A DNA stretch of 41,370 bases from an uncultured Pseudomonadales bacterium. Lineage in GTDB: Bacteria > Patescibacteriota > Microgenomatia > UBA1400 > UBA12108. A program made the position numbers and the translations under genes. Below the pieces are notes generated by a model. The model made no database searches. It was not told the DNA's origin and saw only the letters and a list, made by a program, of their open reading frames with translations. Positions 9,133 to 16,965 of the stretch are shown here, one piece after another. The stretch lies in contig CAZSVV010000001.1 in the NCBI GenBank assembly GCA_964610445.1, forward strand, positions 19,246-60,615, in the 5' to 3' direction. Numbering within the stretch: position 1 is the stretch's first letter; each line of letters starts with the position of its first letter.

Positions 9133-9779
9133 AGTTCGGTCCTCACGTCGATGATGCGTGATTCATCACCTATTACTTCGATGTATTGGTAGTTGTTGAG
9201 TGCGATTAGTGGAGTGTTGCCGCTAAACATATAGTTAAATGTTTCGTCTGACAACCATCTAGTTCGAAAGTCGATACTGCCCCAGTGAGGGATGATGGTA
9301 TATGGAACCAAGCTATACCCAACAGTATCAACTGGATTCTTTAGTGTAGCTAAATCCTTTGGATTTTGAAGCTCTGCCATACTAGTCCCGGCGATAATGG
9401 ACCCAGCAGATGTGCCCATGTAGATTACTCCAGAATTTACTAATTCTTTGACATAATCTGCAAAATTATTATCGTTGCCTTTTTCTTTGAGATAAAATTC
9501 GTTACCGCCAGAAATGTATAAGACCTCTATGCTTTTGAGGTCATGCCGAATTTGTTCATTAGTCTTATCAGCAATAGTGTAGTCAAAGGTGATGAAGCCA
9601 TTATTGTTTAAGCCATCCCGGTCTTCTTGGACCCAAGATAGATCTTCTTGATCACTGTCTCCTTCGACCGGAGTAATTATGAATGCTGTTTTTAGTGGCC
9701 TATCATGACCGAGTCGGCGGCGGATACTCTCCCCTACTCCCTTTATCCCGATACTACTAGTAAGAAAAAGATGTTGCAT
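9129..9779 (-). CDS. Peptidase family S51 protein (peptidase E-like), paralogue 3
   Basis: VLYISGGNEFYLKEK, YMGTSAGSIIAG and IIPHWG motifs. 216 aa. Its stop overlaps the start of the next S51 gene by 4 nt. Confidence 0.8.
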   Translation of the reverse strand: MQHLFLTSSIGIKGVGESIRRRLGHDRPLKTAFIITPVEGDSDQEDLSWVQEDRDGLNNNGFITFDYTIADKTNEQIRHDLKSIEVLYISGGNEFYLKEKGNDNNFADYVKELVNSGVIYMGTSAGSIIAGTSMAELQNPKDLATLKNPVDTVGYSLVPYTIIPHWGSIDFRTRWLSDETFNYMFSGNTPLIALNNYQYIEVIGDESRIIDVRTEL

Positions 9780-9795
9780 AGGATACTATTATAGT

Positions 9796-10302
9796 ATGGG
9801 GAAGATAATTGTGGTAAATGATCTCATGCAGACAGACTATCGGTACGAGCTGGTAGCTCCTATGGGAGAGGACTTTGATGATGGCTTTGCTCCTGAACTC
9901 ACGCCAAAAGAGATGTTAGAGCTAGGAGTATTTGGTGGCAGGTATATGACTGACTGTCGAGATGAGTATCCCACAGACTGGTATGAGAATGCCAAGCTAT
10001 GTCACGAAGGGCACGATCCAAAACTTAACTTTTTTGGTATTAATGCTAGTCAACCATTATCTGTTTGGCGTGCGAAGGGTTGGATTTTCTCAGAAGACCC
10101 TCGAGGGTGGTTCCAGTGGTATTGCCGCTACTTTATGGGCAGACGGATACCGATTGAGGATGCCAAGCAGATCAAGCGGTGGCAAATGTTTAAGCGGCAT
10201 TTAGCCCAGGTCAAAAAGAACTGCAGGATAGGAGATTATTCTTGTCGTCCTATACAGAGACAAGCACTTCTGCACTGGGCTTACGATTCACGAAAGATTT
10301 GA
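9796..10302 (+). CDS. Conserved hypothetical cytosolic protein (Trp/Cys-rich); family needs an HMM search
   Basis: 168 aa ORF with a GWFQWYCRYFMGRR-type motif. Has clear coding periodicity. A TACTAT box 6 nt upstream of the ATG suggests a leaderless transcript. Confidence 0.6.
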   Translation: MGKIIVVNDLMQTDYRYELVAPMGEDFDDGFAPELTPKEMLELGVFGGRYMTDCRDEYPTDWYENAKLCHEGHDPKLNFFGINASQPLSVWRAKGWIFSEDPRGWFQWYCRYFMGRRIPIEDAKQIKRWQMFKRHLAQVKKNCRIGDYSCRPIQRQALLHWAYDSRKI

Positions 10303-10614
10303 TTATTTTTTTTGATCTTTTGGTTTGTCGATTTTGTCTAAGCCTAGGCCGTGAACGCCGTAGTAGACGATCGCGGAGACAATAAGGAGATCAATCAGAG
10401 TAGAGACAAAGTTTCCCCACATCAACTTACTACTACCCATGACAATGTAGGCATCTTTAAAGTTGCCTGCAAAACCAATGATAAGGCTGAGAAATGGGTT
10501 AATGATGTCTGATATTAATGATGCCACTAGTTTGGAGACTGCACCACCCAGGAGAAAGCCGACGGCAAGACCAACTACTCCCTGTTCACGGATAAAATTA
10601 AGAAAACCTTTCAT
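10303..10614 (-). CDS. mscL: Large-conductance mechanosensitive channel
   Basis: 103 aa. N-terminus MKGFLNFIREQGVVGLAVGFLLGGAVSKLVASLISDIINP is the canonical MscL TM1 signature. Two TM helices and a charged C-terminus. Confidence 0.9.
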   Translation of the reverse strand: MKGFLNFIREQGVVGLAVGFLLGGAVSKLVASLISDIINPFLSLIIGFAGNFKDAYIVMGSSKLMWGNFVSTLIDLLIVSAIVYYGVHGLGLDKIDKPKDQKK

Positions 10615-10682
10615 AATGATCCCCCATTTATTCTATTGCTAACTTATTATAATACCTTAAGTCTCGAGCGTATAATTGAGAA

Positions 10683-11897
10683 ATGTTCAAAGCTATTGGG
10701 ATCGCTCGACATAACGTAAATGCACGGATCTACCTAATTTATAGTTTTTTGCAGAGTTTGTGGTTTATTGAGGCAGTCTGGTATTTCTACTGGGCTAGGT
10801 TTTTGACATACTCTCAAATCGGAATATTTTTTTCATTCTTAGTAATACTTGGTTTAGTAGCTGAGATACCAACTGGATATATAGCAGATAAATATGGCAG
10901 GAAAAAATCTGTAGTTGGTGGCACTATCCTCCTATTTTTGGGTGCCATACTTATAACTAGCGCTAGTGATGCGGTCCTACTAGTTGCGGGAGTCAGTGTG
11001 ATGAGCATAGGACGAGCATTTATCTCTGGGGCACTAGAAGCAATAGTCTATGACGACTTAAAGAGTAGTGGGAAACATTCTCATTGGGATAGTTTGCAGA
11101 GTACCACAATCCAGATATCTCTGGTTGCATATATTCTGGCTGTACCCATTGGAGGTTTTCTTTACAACATTCATTTTAGGCTACCAAACATACTCGAAGC
11201 GATCAGTATGTTTTTGTCGGTACTCATGGCGCTCAAACTCAGGGATACCTCCAAGCAACATCACCTCTTAGAGAGAAAAATCAAAGTTAAGGAGCTACTA
11301 GTCGGGTTTAGAGAACTCTTTAGTAAGCGTTTGGCCCCATACCTCTTACCTGCATTTATGGTAATTAGTATTTTTGAACTATATGACTGGGGACTATCTA
11401 AGCCGGCAATGGCTGTGAGCTTTGGACTTGATTCACAAGGTCAGGCAATAGTTTATACACTACTGGCAATACTAAATATTGTCACCATAGGATTGATGCC
11501 TAGACTGCGAAGGTTGATGGGCGACTACTGGGGATTACGTATCCTGAATCTGATATCAGGACTAGCTTTTGTGGTATCAACATATGTAATTGGGATGTGG
11601 GGTATAGGTATCTTATGGTTACTTGAGTCTGCAGGTAATCTGGGTGACCCATGGACATCCAGCGTAGTCAACGAGAATACGGAGTCAAAGTATAGGGCTA
11701 CTACCCTATCAACGCTAGCTTTTATGACCCGAATACCCCATTTTTTCGTTAACATACTAGCAGGATTAGCTCTCGACTCATCTGGAATTGGCCGTTTCCA
11801 TTGGTGGCTCGGAATAGCAATCATCTTATTAGTACTATTGAGCTCTATCTCGAGAAAAAGACCCTATTTGACAGGCAAAAGGTTAAGTGTGTTATAA
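10683..11897 (+). CDS. MFS transporter
   Basis: 404 aa, 12 predicted TM. Has the MFS loop 2-3 motif GYIADKYGRKK (G-x3-D-x2-GRK). Confidence 0.8.
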   Translation: MFKAIGIARHNVNARIYLIYSFLQSLWFIEAVWYFYWARFLTYSQIGIFFSFLVILGLVAEIPTGYIADKYGRKKSVVGGTILLFLGAILITSASDAVLLVAGVSVMSIGRAFISGALEAIVYDDLKSSGKHSHWDSLQSTTIQISLVAYILAVPIGGFLYNIHFRLPNILEAISMFLSVLMALKLRDTSKQHHLLERKIKVKELLVGFRELFSKRLAPYLLPAFMVISIFELYDWGLSKPAMAVSFGLDSQGQAIVYTLLAILNIVTIGLMPRLRRLMGDYWGLRILNLISGLAFVVSTYVIGMWGIGILWLLESAGNLGDPWTSSVVNENTESKYRATTLSTLAFMTRIPHFFVNILAGLALDSSGIGRFHWWLGIAIILLVLLSSISRKRPYLTGKRLSVL

Positions 11898-12002
11898 TAC
11901 CGTCTAGTTATATATGTGTTCAGGCTTTTCCCTACTTTCGTGAGTTTTCACTGCTAGTTTGGTTAAAAAGTTTTGGCACGCTAATTTATGGAGGTGCCAT
12001 AC

Positions 12003-12380
12003 ATGGCAACCAGACTATTTGTCGGCAGTCTCGCTTGGGCGACGACGGACGATTCATTATCAGCATTTTTCTCCCAAGTAGGTACTGTAACCAGTGCTAA
12101 GGTCATAACCGACCGTGCAACTGGTCGCTCAACGGGCTTCGGCTTTGTTGAGATGAGTACTGACGAAGAGGCTCAAAAGGCAGTAGCCGAGCTCAATGGC
12201 AAAGACCTAGATGGTCGCGCTATCGTTGTAAACGAAGCTCGCCCAATGGAACCTCGCGACAATTCTAGTCGTGGTGGATTCGGTGGCGGCTCACGTGGCG
12301 GATTTGGCGGCGGTTCACGCGGCGGATTCTCACGCGACAACAATCGCAGCAGTGGTGGCTACGGCAACCGCAGTTACTAA
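12003..12380 (+). CDS. RRM-type RNA-binding protein with a C-terminal RGG/Gly-rich tail
   Basis: RNP-2 LFVGSL and RNP-1 GFGFVEM. Tail reads SRGGFGGGSRGGFGGGSRGGF. Start set at ATG 12003, which has a GGAGG Shine-Dalgarno 8 nt upstream; the track ORF starts at 11988. Confidence 0.9.
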   Translation: MATRLFVGSLAWATTDDSLSAFFSQVGTVTSAKVITDRATGRSTGFGFVEMSTDEEAQKAVAELNGKDLDGRAIVVNEARPMEPRDNSSRGGFGGGSRGGFGGGSRGGFSRDNNRSSGGYGNRSY

Positions 12381-12407
12381 GACATAAAAGTATTAGTATA
12401 AAAATTA

Positions 12408-12438
12408 AATATCCCCGCTTAGGCGGGGATATTTTTTT
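12408..12438. terminator. Rho-independent terminator between convergent genes (probably bidirectional)
   Basis: 8-bp GC-rich stem ATCCCCGC/GCGGGGAT (12411-12418 / 12423-12430) with loop TTAG, followed by T7. An A/T-rich tract lies on the other side. Confidence 0.7.
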
Positions 12439-12441
12439 GCC

Positions 12442-12759
12442 TTATTTGATTAAGTGCTGACTACCCCACTCTGCCATCTTTTTGAGTAGAGGTAGTAGTG
12501 ATCTACCGCTCGGCGTGAGTGAATACTCTACTCTAGGTGGGATTACAGGATAAACCATGCGGCTAATAAGACCATCTATCTCTAGCTGTCTTAGCTGCTG
12601 TGTTAGCATTTTCTGGGTAATATTTTCTATATTCTTCTGGAGTTCGCTATAACGAAGACTGTTATCTCTTAGTAAGTAGAGTATCAGTGGTTTCCATTTG
12701 CCCCCTATTACTCTGAGAGTAGCCTCGACACCTCCACAACTTAACTTATTAGTATCCAT
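12442..12759 (-). CDS. HxlR-family (MarR-like wHTH) transcriptional regulator
   Basis: 105 aa. C-x6-L-x2-IGGKWK..ILYLL...RYSEL...ITQKMLTQQLRQLEIDGLISR..YP..PPRVEYSLT is the HxlR signature. Confidence 0.9.
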   Translation of the reverse strand: MDTNKLSCGGVEATLRVIGGKWKPLILYLLRDNSLRYSELQKNIENITQKMLTQQLRQLEIDGLISRMVYPVIPPRVEYSLTPSGRSLLPLLKKMAEWGSQHLIK

Positions 12760-12826
12760 ATGGTATGTATACTACTAGATTGTGTGTACTTGTCAATATG
12801 AATGTTTAAGCATATGATGCATTTAT

Positions 12827-13441
12827 ATGAATTACAAACAAGTTCCCAGTGACAGTGTTATCAAAAAAACAATCGAAGCTCTAAGCGCTCGCGGGTTTGC
12901 GGCACAATTGGTTGCTACAAAAGCAGAAGCAAAAAGTGCAGCATTATCATTGATCACAAAAGGCTCAGAAGTGATGACCATGACATCAAAAACTCTTGAT
13001 GAAGTAGGGTTAGCTGAGGCTATTAACGGTGAATCTAGTGAATATGTATCACTCAAAAATAAGCTAATGAGTATGGACCGCTCTACACAGAGTAGAGAGA
13101 TGCAGGAAATAGGGGCAGCCCCAGCTATCGCATTGGGTAGCGTTCATGGTATTACCGAAGATGGTCAGATCATCATTGCTTCGGCAACTGGCAGCCAACT
13201 ACCTGCGTATGCGTACGGTGCCGAAAAGGTTATATGGGTTGTGGGTGCTCAAAAAATTAGCAAGAATCTAGATGATGCGATGAAGCGACTTAATGAATAT
13301 GTACTCCCCCTAGAATCAGAGCGAGCACGCATCGCTTACGGAGTGGAGGGTAGTAATATTAGCAAACTACTCATCATGAATAACGAGTTTACGCCTAATC
13401 GTATTCATCTAATTATGGTGAAAGAAGAGCTCGGCTTCTAG
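12827..13441 (+). CDS. LUD-domain (LutC/YkgG-like, DUF162) protein
   Basis: 204 aa. The overall pattern and the C-terminal motifs (GSVHGITEDGQIIIASATGSQL, EYVLPLE) resemble lactate-utilisation LUD-domain proteins. Divergent from the HxlR gene. Confidence 0.55.
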   Translation: MNYKQVPSDSVIKKTIEALSARGFAAQLVATKAEAKSAALSLITKGSEVMTMTSKTLDEVGLAEAINGESSEYVSLKNKLMSMDRSTQSREMQEIGAAPAIALGSVHGITEDGQIIIASATGSQLPAYAYGAEKVIWVVGAQKISKNLDDAMKRLNEYVLPLESERARIAYGVEGSNISKLLIMNNEFTPNRIHLIMVKEELGF

Positions 13442-13867
13442 TCAAAGTTTGTCAATTGAGTGAGCTTGATTGAGACCTTCTTCATCAAATTCTGTATTGA
13501 ACCAAGTATCAATAATTTCTTTTGCCTGATCGTTAGATGTATTAACATTCCCCATCACTAGTACGTTTGCATCATTCCATTTTCTGGCGAGCTGGGCTAT
13601 CTGAGCACTAGTACACAAGGCGGCACGGATCCCTTTGACTTTATTTGCAGCCATACAAGCTCCGGTACCACTCCAACAAAATAATATTCCTAGATCAGCC
13701 TGACCACTGACGATAGTTTTGCCAAGTTTGAGACCGATGTCTGCCCACTTACCATTTGGAGCATCTAAATCTCCCTGGAGTATAACTTCGTGTCCCAATG
13801 TATTAACATAGTCCACGACATAATTATTTAGCGGAGTTACCTCATCTGTTGCGATGACAATTTTCAT
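13442..13867 (-). CDS. rpiB: Ribose-5-phosphate isomerase B / sugar-phosphate isomerase (RpiB/LacA/LacB family)
   Basis: 141 aa. GILFCWSGTGACMAANKVKGIRAALC and ARKWNDANVLVMG are RpiB hallmarks, including the catalytic Cys region. Confidence 0.85.
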   Translation of the reverse strand: MKIVIATDEVTPLNNYVVDYVNTLGHEVILQGDLDAPNGKWADIGLKLGKTIVSGQADLGILFCWSGTGACMAANKVKGIRAALCTSAQIAQLARKWNDANVLVMGNVNTSNDQAKEIIDTWFNTEFDEEGLNQAHSIDKL

Positions 13868-13879
13868 GATTAAATTATA

Positions 13880-14134
13880 TCAAGTTAGTTTGGCTTTTTC
13901 TTTGTGAGTCAGTTTTTTTATTTCGTGCTCCCGCTTTAACGCAGATGATTTGTCTATACATTGTTCTGAATATGCGATCTTGATGGGTGGGAAGCTCCTG
14001 GTATATTTGGCGCCACGGCCACTCAGGTGAACGGCAAAACGCTTGGCGACGTCTTTTGCAATCCCCGTGTAGTAGTTATTGCCTTCGCAGAGTAGGACGT
14101 ATACCCAGTAATTCCTGTCAGGTAGATTGGGCAT
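13880..14134 (-). CDS. GIY-YIG nuclease-superfamily protein (UPF0213/YhbQ-like)
   Basis: 84 aa. YWVYVLLC..NNYYTGIAKDVAKRFAVH...KYTR...ALKREHEIKKL is a GIY-(10)-YTG motif with conserved Arg and Glu. Confidence 0.85.
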   Translation of the reverse strand: MPNLPDRNYWVYVLLCEGNNYYTGIAKDVAKRFAVHLSGRGAKYTRSFPPIKIAYSEQCIDKSSALKREHEIKKLTHKEKAKLT

Positions 14135-14900
14135 ATAGAAGTGCCTTGGTTACCCATGAACGCGGCAAAAAACGAACGAGGAGAGTCCCTAACCTATTCG
14201 TCCAGCCATAGACTGCGACACGACGAGCGTCCAACATAGCCTGATATCCGTACTCAGCGACCTGTTTGGATGTGGGCATCCTACCCATGATCCCAAATGT
14301 TTTATCCTTACCAGCGACCGACCAAAAGTTAGACTGAGTAGGACCAGGACATAAGGTAGTGAGAGTAATATTTGATCCAGACAACTCTTCTGCCACCGCC
14401 TCTGAGAGATGGAGTACATAAGATTTGGTTGCAAAATATACTGCCATGAGGGGGCCAGGTTGAAAGGCAGCACCACTAGCGACATTGACTATGTATGATC
14501 GCTCTTTGCCAGCCATCCGAGTAATATACATTTTGGTCAGATAGGTTAAGGCGATAATATTTACATTAATCATCTTCAGTTCTTTGTCCCAGCTGGTTTC
14601 CCTAAATGTCCCAAAGTCACCAAATCCAGCATTATTGATCAAGTACTTTGGAGTGATCTTTTGCTTATCTAGATTATTTACCAATAACTCGAGATTAGAG
14701 ATTTCTGAGAGATCTAGTTCGTAGACTAGGACCTTGATTTTGTAGTGAGATTTTAGCTCGGTAGCTAGAGAATTGAGAGCGTTAATATTGCGAGCCACCA
14801 GCACCAGATTGACATTGTTCTTGGCAAAGATCCGCGCAAACTCGAGGCCTATACCACTACTAGCACCAGTGACGACTGCCCATTTTTGGTTATTTTTCAT
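14118..14900 (-). CDS. Short-chain dehydrogenase/reductase (SDR)
   Basis: TGASSGIG cofactor motif, NNAG, and catalytic S...YxxxK (YFATK). 260 aa. Confidence 0.9.
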   Translation of the reverse strand: MKNNQKWAVVTGASSGIGLEFARIFAKNNVNLVLVARNINALNSLATELKSHYKIKVLVYELDLSEISNLELLVNNLDKQKITPKYLINNAGFGDFGTFRETSWDKELKMINVNIIALTYLTKMYITRMAGKERSYIVNVASGAAFQPGPLMAVYFATKSYVLHLSEAVAEELSGSNITLTTLCPGPTQSNFWSVAGKDKTFGIMGRMPTSKQVAEYGYQAMLDARRVAVYGWTNRLGTLLVRFLPRSWVTKALLYAQST

Positions 14901-14949
14901 ATACCTATATTGTACCTCCCTACGCGTTCATGTGTTATAGTAGAAGACT

Positions 14950-15486
14950 ATGGAAGACAAATGTCAGAAATGTGGATCAGAGCTATCACCAGTAACAACG
15001 ACCAAGACAGGCAGAGAGCTACAGCGCTGTAGTGCAGGCTCCTGGAACCCAGAAACCAAAAAGAATGAGGGCTGTGACTACGTCAAATGGCTCGAAGTAA
15101 AGCCACAGGAGCTAGACGAAAAATGTCCCAAATGTGGCAACCCACTAGTCCTAAACGTAACTAGATTTGGGAAGAAAATGAAGAAATGCAGCACCAATGT
15201 CTGGAACAAAGATACCAAAAAAGCTGAGGGATGTGACTACATAGAATGGATCAATGGTACAACCGAAAAACTAGATGAAGACTGTCCTGAGTGTGGTCAA
15301 AAGCTAGTTCTCTATACTACAGCTGCTGGCAAAAAGATGAAGAAATGTAGTACTGCTGGATGGGACAGAGAAAACAAGCAGGCAACAGGATGCACCTATG
15401 TCCAATGGCTAAAAGTAGATGACTACGCCAAGACTCCAGAGGGTGATGAATTTATGCCACCCGAGCCTCATCCTAGCGAACTCTAA
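14950..15486 (+). CDS. Stand-alone protein made of three tandem C4 zinc-ribbon repeats (topoisomerase-type zinc finger-like)
   Basis: Three ~55-aa repeats of the form C-x2-C-x17-18-C-x13-14-GC-x-Y-hydrophobic-x-W. The second and third begin CPKCGNPLVL... and CPECGQKLVL.... Acidic/proline-rich C-terminal tail. Confidence 0.75.
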   Translation: MEDKCQKCGSELSPVTTTKTGRELQRCSAGSWNPETKKNEGCDYVKWLEVKPQELDEKCPKCGNPLVLNVTRFGKKMKKCSTNVWNKDTKKAEGCDYIEWINGTTEKLDEDCPECGQKLVLYTTAAGKKMKKCSTAGWDRENKQATGCTYVQWLKVDDYAKTPEGDEFMPPEPHPSEL

Positions 15487-15498
15487 ATTTTAACTTGT

Positions 15499-16635
15499 TT
15501 ATTTTTTTCTAACTGATAGATAGATTGCTCCGACACCGATCCAGGTAGCTATCATGCCGATAAAGTAGCCACCTACTGGGATTAGTTTGAGTAAATGCAG
15601 TAGTGTCACACCCACAAACATTTCCATCAGTGGCGTCATCTTGAGGGATGCGCTAGTACTCACAGTACGAGCTAGTGCAAAAGCGAAGACGATTTTTCCT
15701 AGATATAGAAGCACTAGGTAGAGTGGGAGGACTACGCCTGCTAGTGGTATACCAATAACCGTTAGAGATAGTAGTACTAGAGCTGGGATAGTGAGGATGG
15801 TTATAAGCAATCCGGAGCCGAGAGCTGCCATACTACTGTTATGAAGTGAGGATACGGCTAGATCCAATAGCTTGGGGGTCAGCCAAAGTAGTACTGCACC
15901 GACTAGCAGCATCCCGATATAGGACCAGACCCTAACTAGCAACATAAAGTTTTGCTGATTTTGCTTGTCCTGCATTCTATTTTGGCGCCACTCGGCTGGC
16001 TCGGTAACCACACTTGTACTCCCTTTGACTACTGCCTGACTATCCAACTTACCCTCTTCGGGAGATAAGAAATAGGTTAGGTCTTTGGCAATGGTAGTTT
16101 TGGGACCTAAATAGATAGACTCCCCAGCTAGGCGTGCTTCACCGAGAATCGGCGCGTCATGTCTGAGGTTACGACCAGCGAGCATGAGACTACGAGAAAC
16201 AGTGGCATTATTTTTGATCGTTTCACCGGCTGCGATGACGGATCCACCGAGGAGAGTATCCTGGCTTACTGTCATGGTTTGACCTGCCATGTGGAGTGAG
16301 TCGTTTACTTTGGCACCTGAGAGATCGATGTTTTGACCGATGAGGTATGCATCCTGACCCACTCGACCATCTACGTCGATCGTTCCACTAATAGCGGTCA
16401 TGTCCCCTGTTATTTCGCCTGTTACAAAAACACTTTCTGCTGCGACATAGAGATCACCCTCCACCTTGCCCTCGACCCGCACGGTCTTGCCGGCTATATA
16501 GAGGTCGTCGGATACTACTTCGTTTTTGCTTATCACTACCTCGCCCTCGCTATACTGGACCTTGGCGAGTACGGCGGATGGAGTAAGACTAAAAAGAAGT
16601 GTTGAGATAGCTATAGTTAAGAGTGATTTGTACAT
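15499..16635 (-). CDS. Signal-peptide-bearing bactofilin-like (polymer-forming beta-helix repeat) domain fused to a C-terminal polytopic membrane domain
   Basis: N-terminal signal/anchor MYKSLLTIAISTLLFSLTPSAVLA. Repeated V/I-x-G-x-V-x-GD motifs over ~180 aa (DLYIAGKTVRVEGKVEGDLYVAAESVFVTGEITGDM...). About 5 TM helices in the last 150 aa. Confidence 0.6.
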   Translation of the reverse strand: MYKSLLTIAISTLLFSLTPSAVLAKVQYSEGEVVISKNEVVSDDLYIAGKTVRVEGKVEGDLYVAAESVFVTGEITGDMTAISGTIDVDGRVGQDAYLIGQNIDLSGAKVNDSLHMAGQTMTVSQDTLLGGSVIAAGETIKNNATVSRSLMLAGRNLRHDAPILGEARLAGESIYLGPKTTIAKDLTYFLSPEEGKLDSQAVVKGSTSVVTEPAEWRQNRMQDKQNQQNFMLLVRVWSYIGMLLVGAVLLWLTPKLLDLAVSSLHNSSMAALGSGLLITILTIPALVLLSLTVIGIPLAGVVLPLYLVLLYLGKIVFAFALARTVSTSASLKMTPLMEMFVGVTLLHLLKLIPVGGYFIGMIATWIGVGAIYLSVRKK

Positions 16636-16641
16636 ATGTTG

Positions 16642-16884
16642 TTATTTCCCAATACCGATAAATTGCATTAGATGATAAACCAAAAATCCTGGCCAAGTGA
16701 TGGTCTGAAAGATATGCCAGAGCCACTCGGACAACCCGTTTGATCCGGGGAGAAAATAGAATGCAGCGCCGATTAGGCCGATACCGTAGAGCGGGCTCTC
16801 TGCACTACTACTCTTTTTGCCATAATTACAGTTACAATCCTGACACATCTCTATTACTTTATCTTTTACAGTGCTTTTCTTCAT
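16642..16884 (-). CDS. Small Cys-rich membrane protein, hypothetical
   Basis: 80 aa with a CQDCNCN motif followed by two hydrophobic helices. Lies 6 nt upstream of the bactofilin-like gene. Confidence 0.4.
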   Translation of the reverse strand: MKKSTVKDKVIEMCQDCNCNYGKKSSSAESPLYGIGLIGAAFYFLPGSNGLSEWLWHIFQTITWPGFLVYHLMQFIGIGK

Positions 16885-16965
16885 ATATCCTCCTAATTAA
16901 TCTAGTAAATATACTATATCACTCAAAGATTATTACATGTTACGGATCCTGGACGATGTTAGAAC

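Noticed and set aside
12267-12335. Short tandem DNA repeats (GGCGGCTCACGTGGCGGATTT-type units).
   Set aside because: They are in frame and encode the SRGGFGGG repeats of the RRM protein tail. This is coding low complexity, not a CRISPR or satellite repeat.
14950-15486. Internal ~165-nt DNA repeats, considered as a repeat element.
   Set aside because: The repeats are diverged at the DNA level but conserved at the protein level (Cys spacing). This is a domain triplication inside one ORF.
16936-16952. Degenerate third copy of the tRNA-Gln 3' end (CATGTTACGGATCCTGG versus CATGTTGCCGAGCAGGG), which could mark the far boundary of the AT-rich cassette.
   Set aside because: Only about 12 of 17 positions match, which is within what chance can give in an 81-nt spacer. 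It is not strong enough to call an att site without comparative data.
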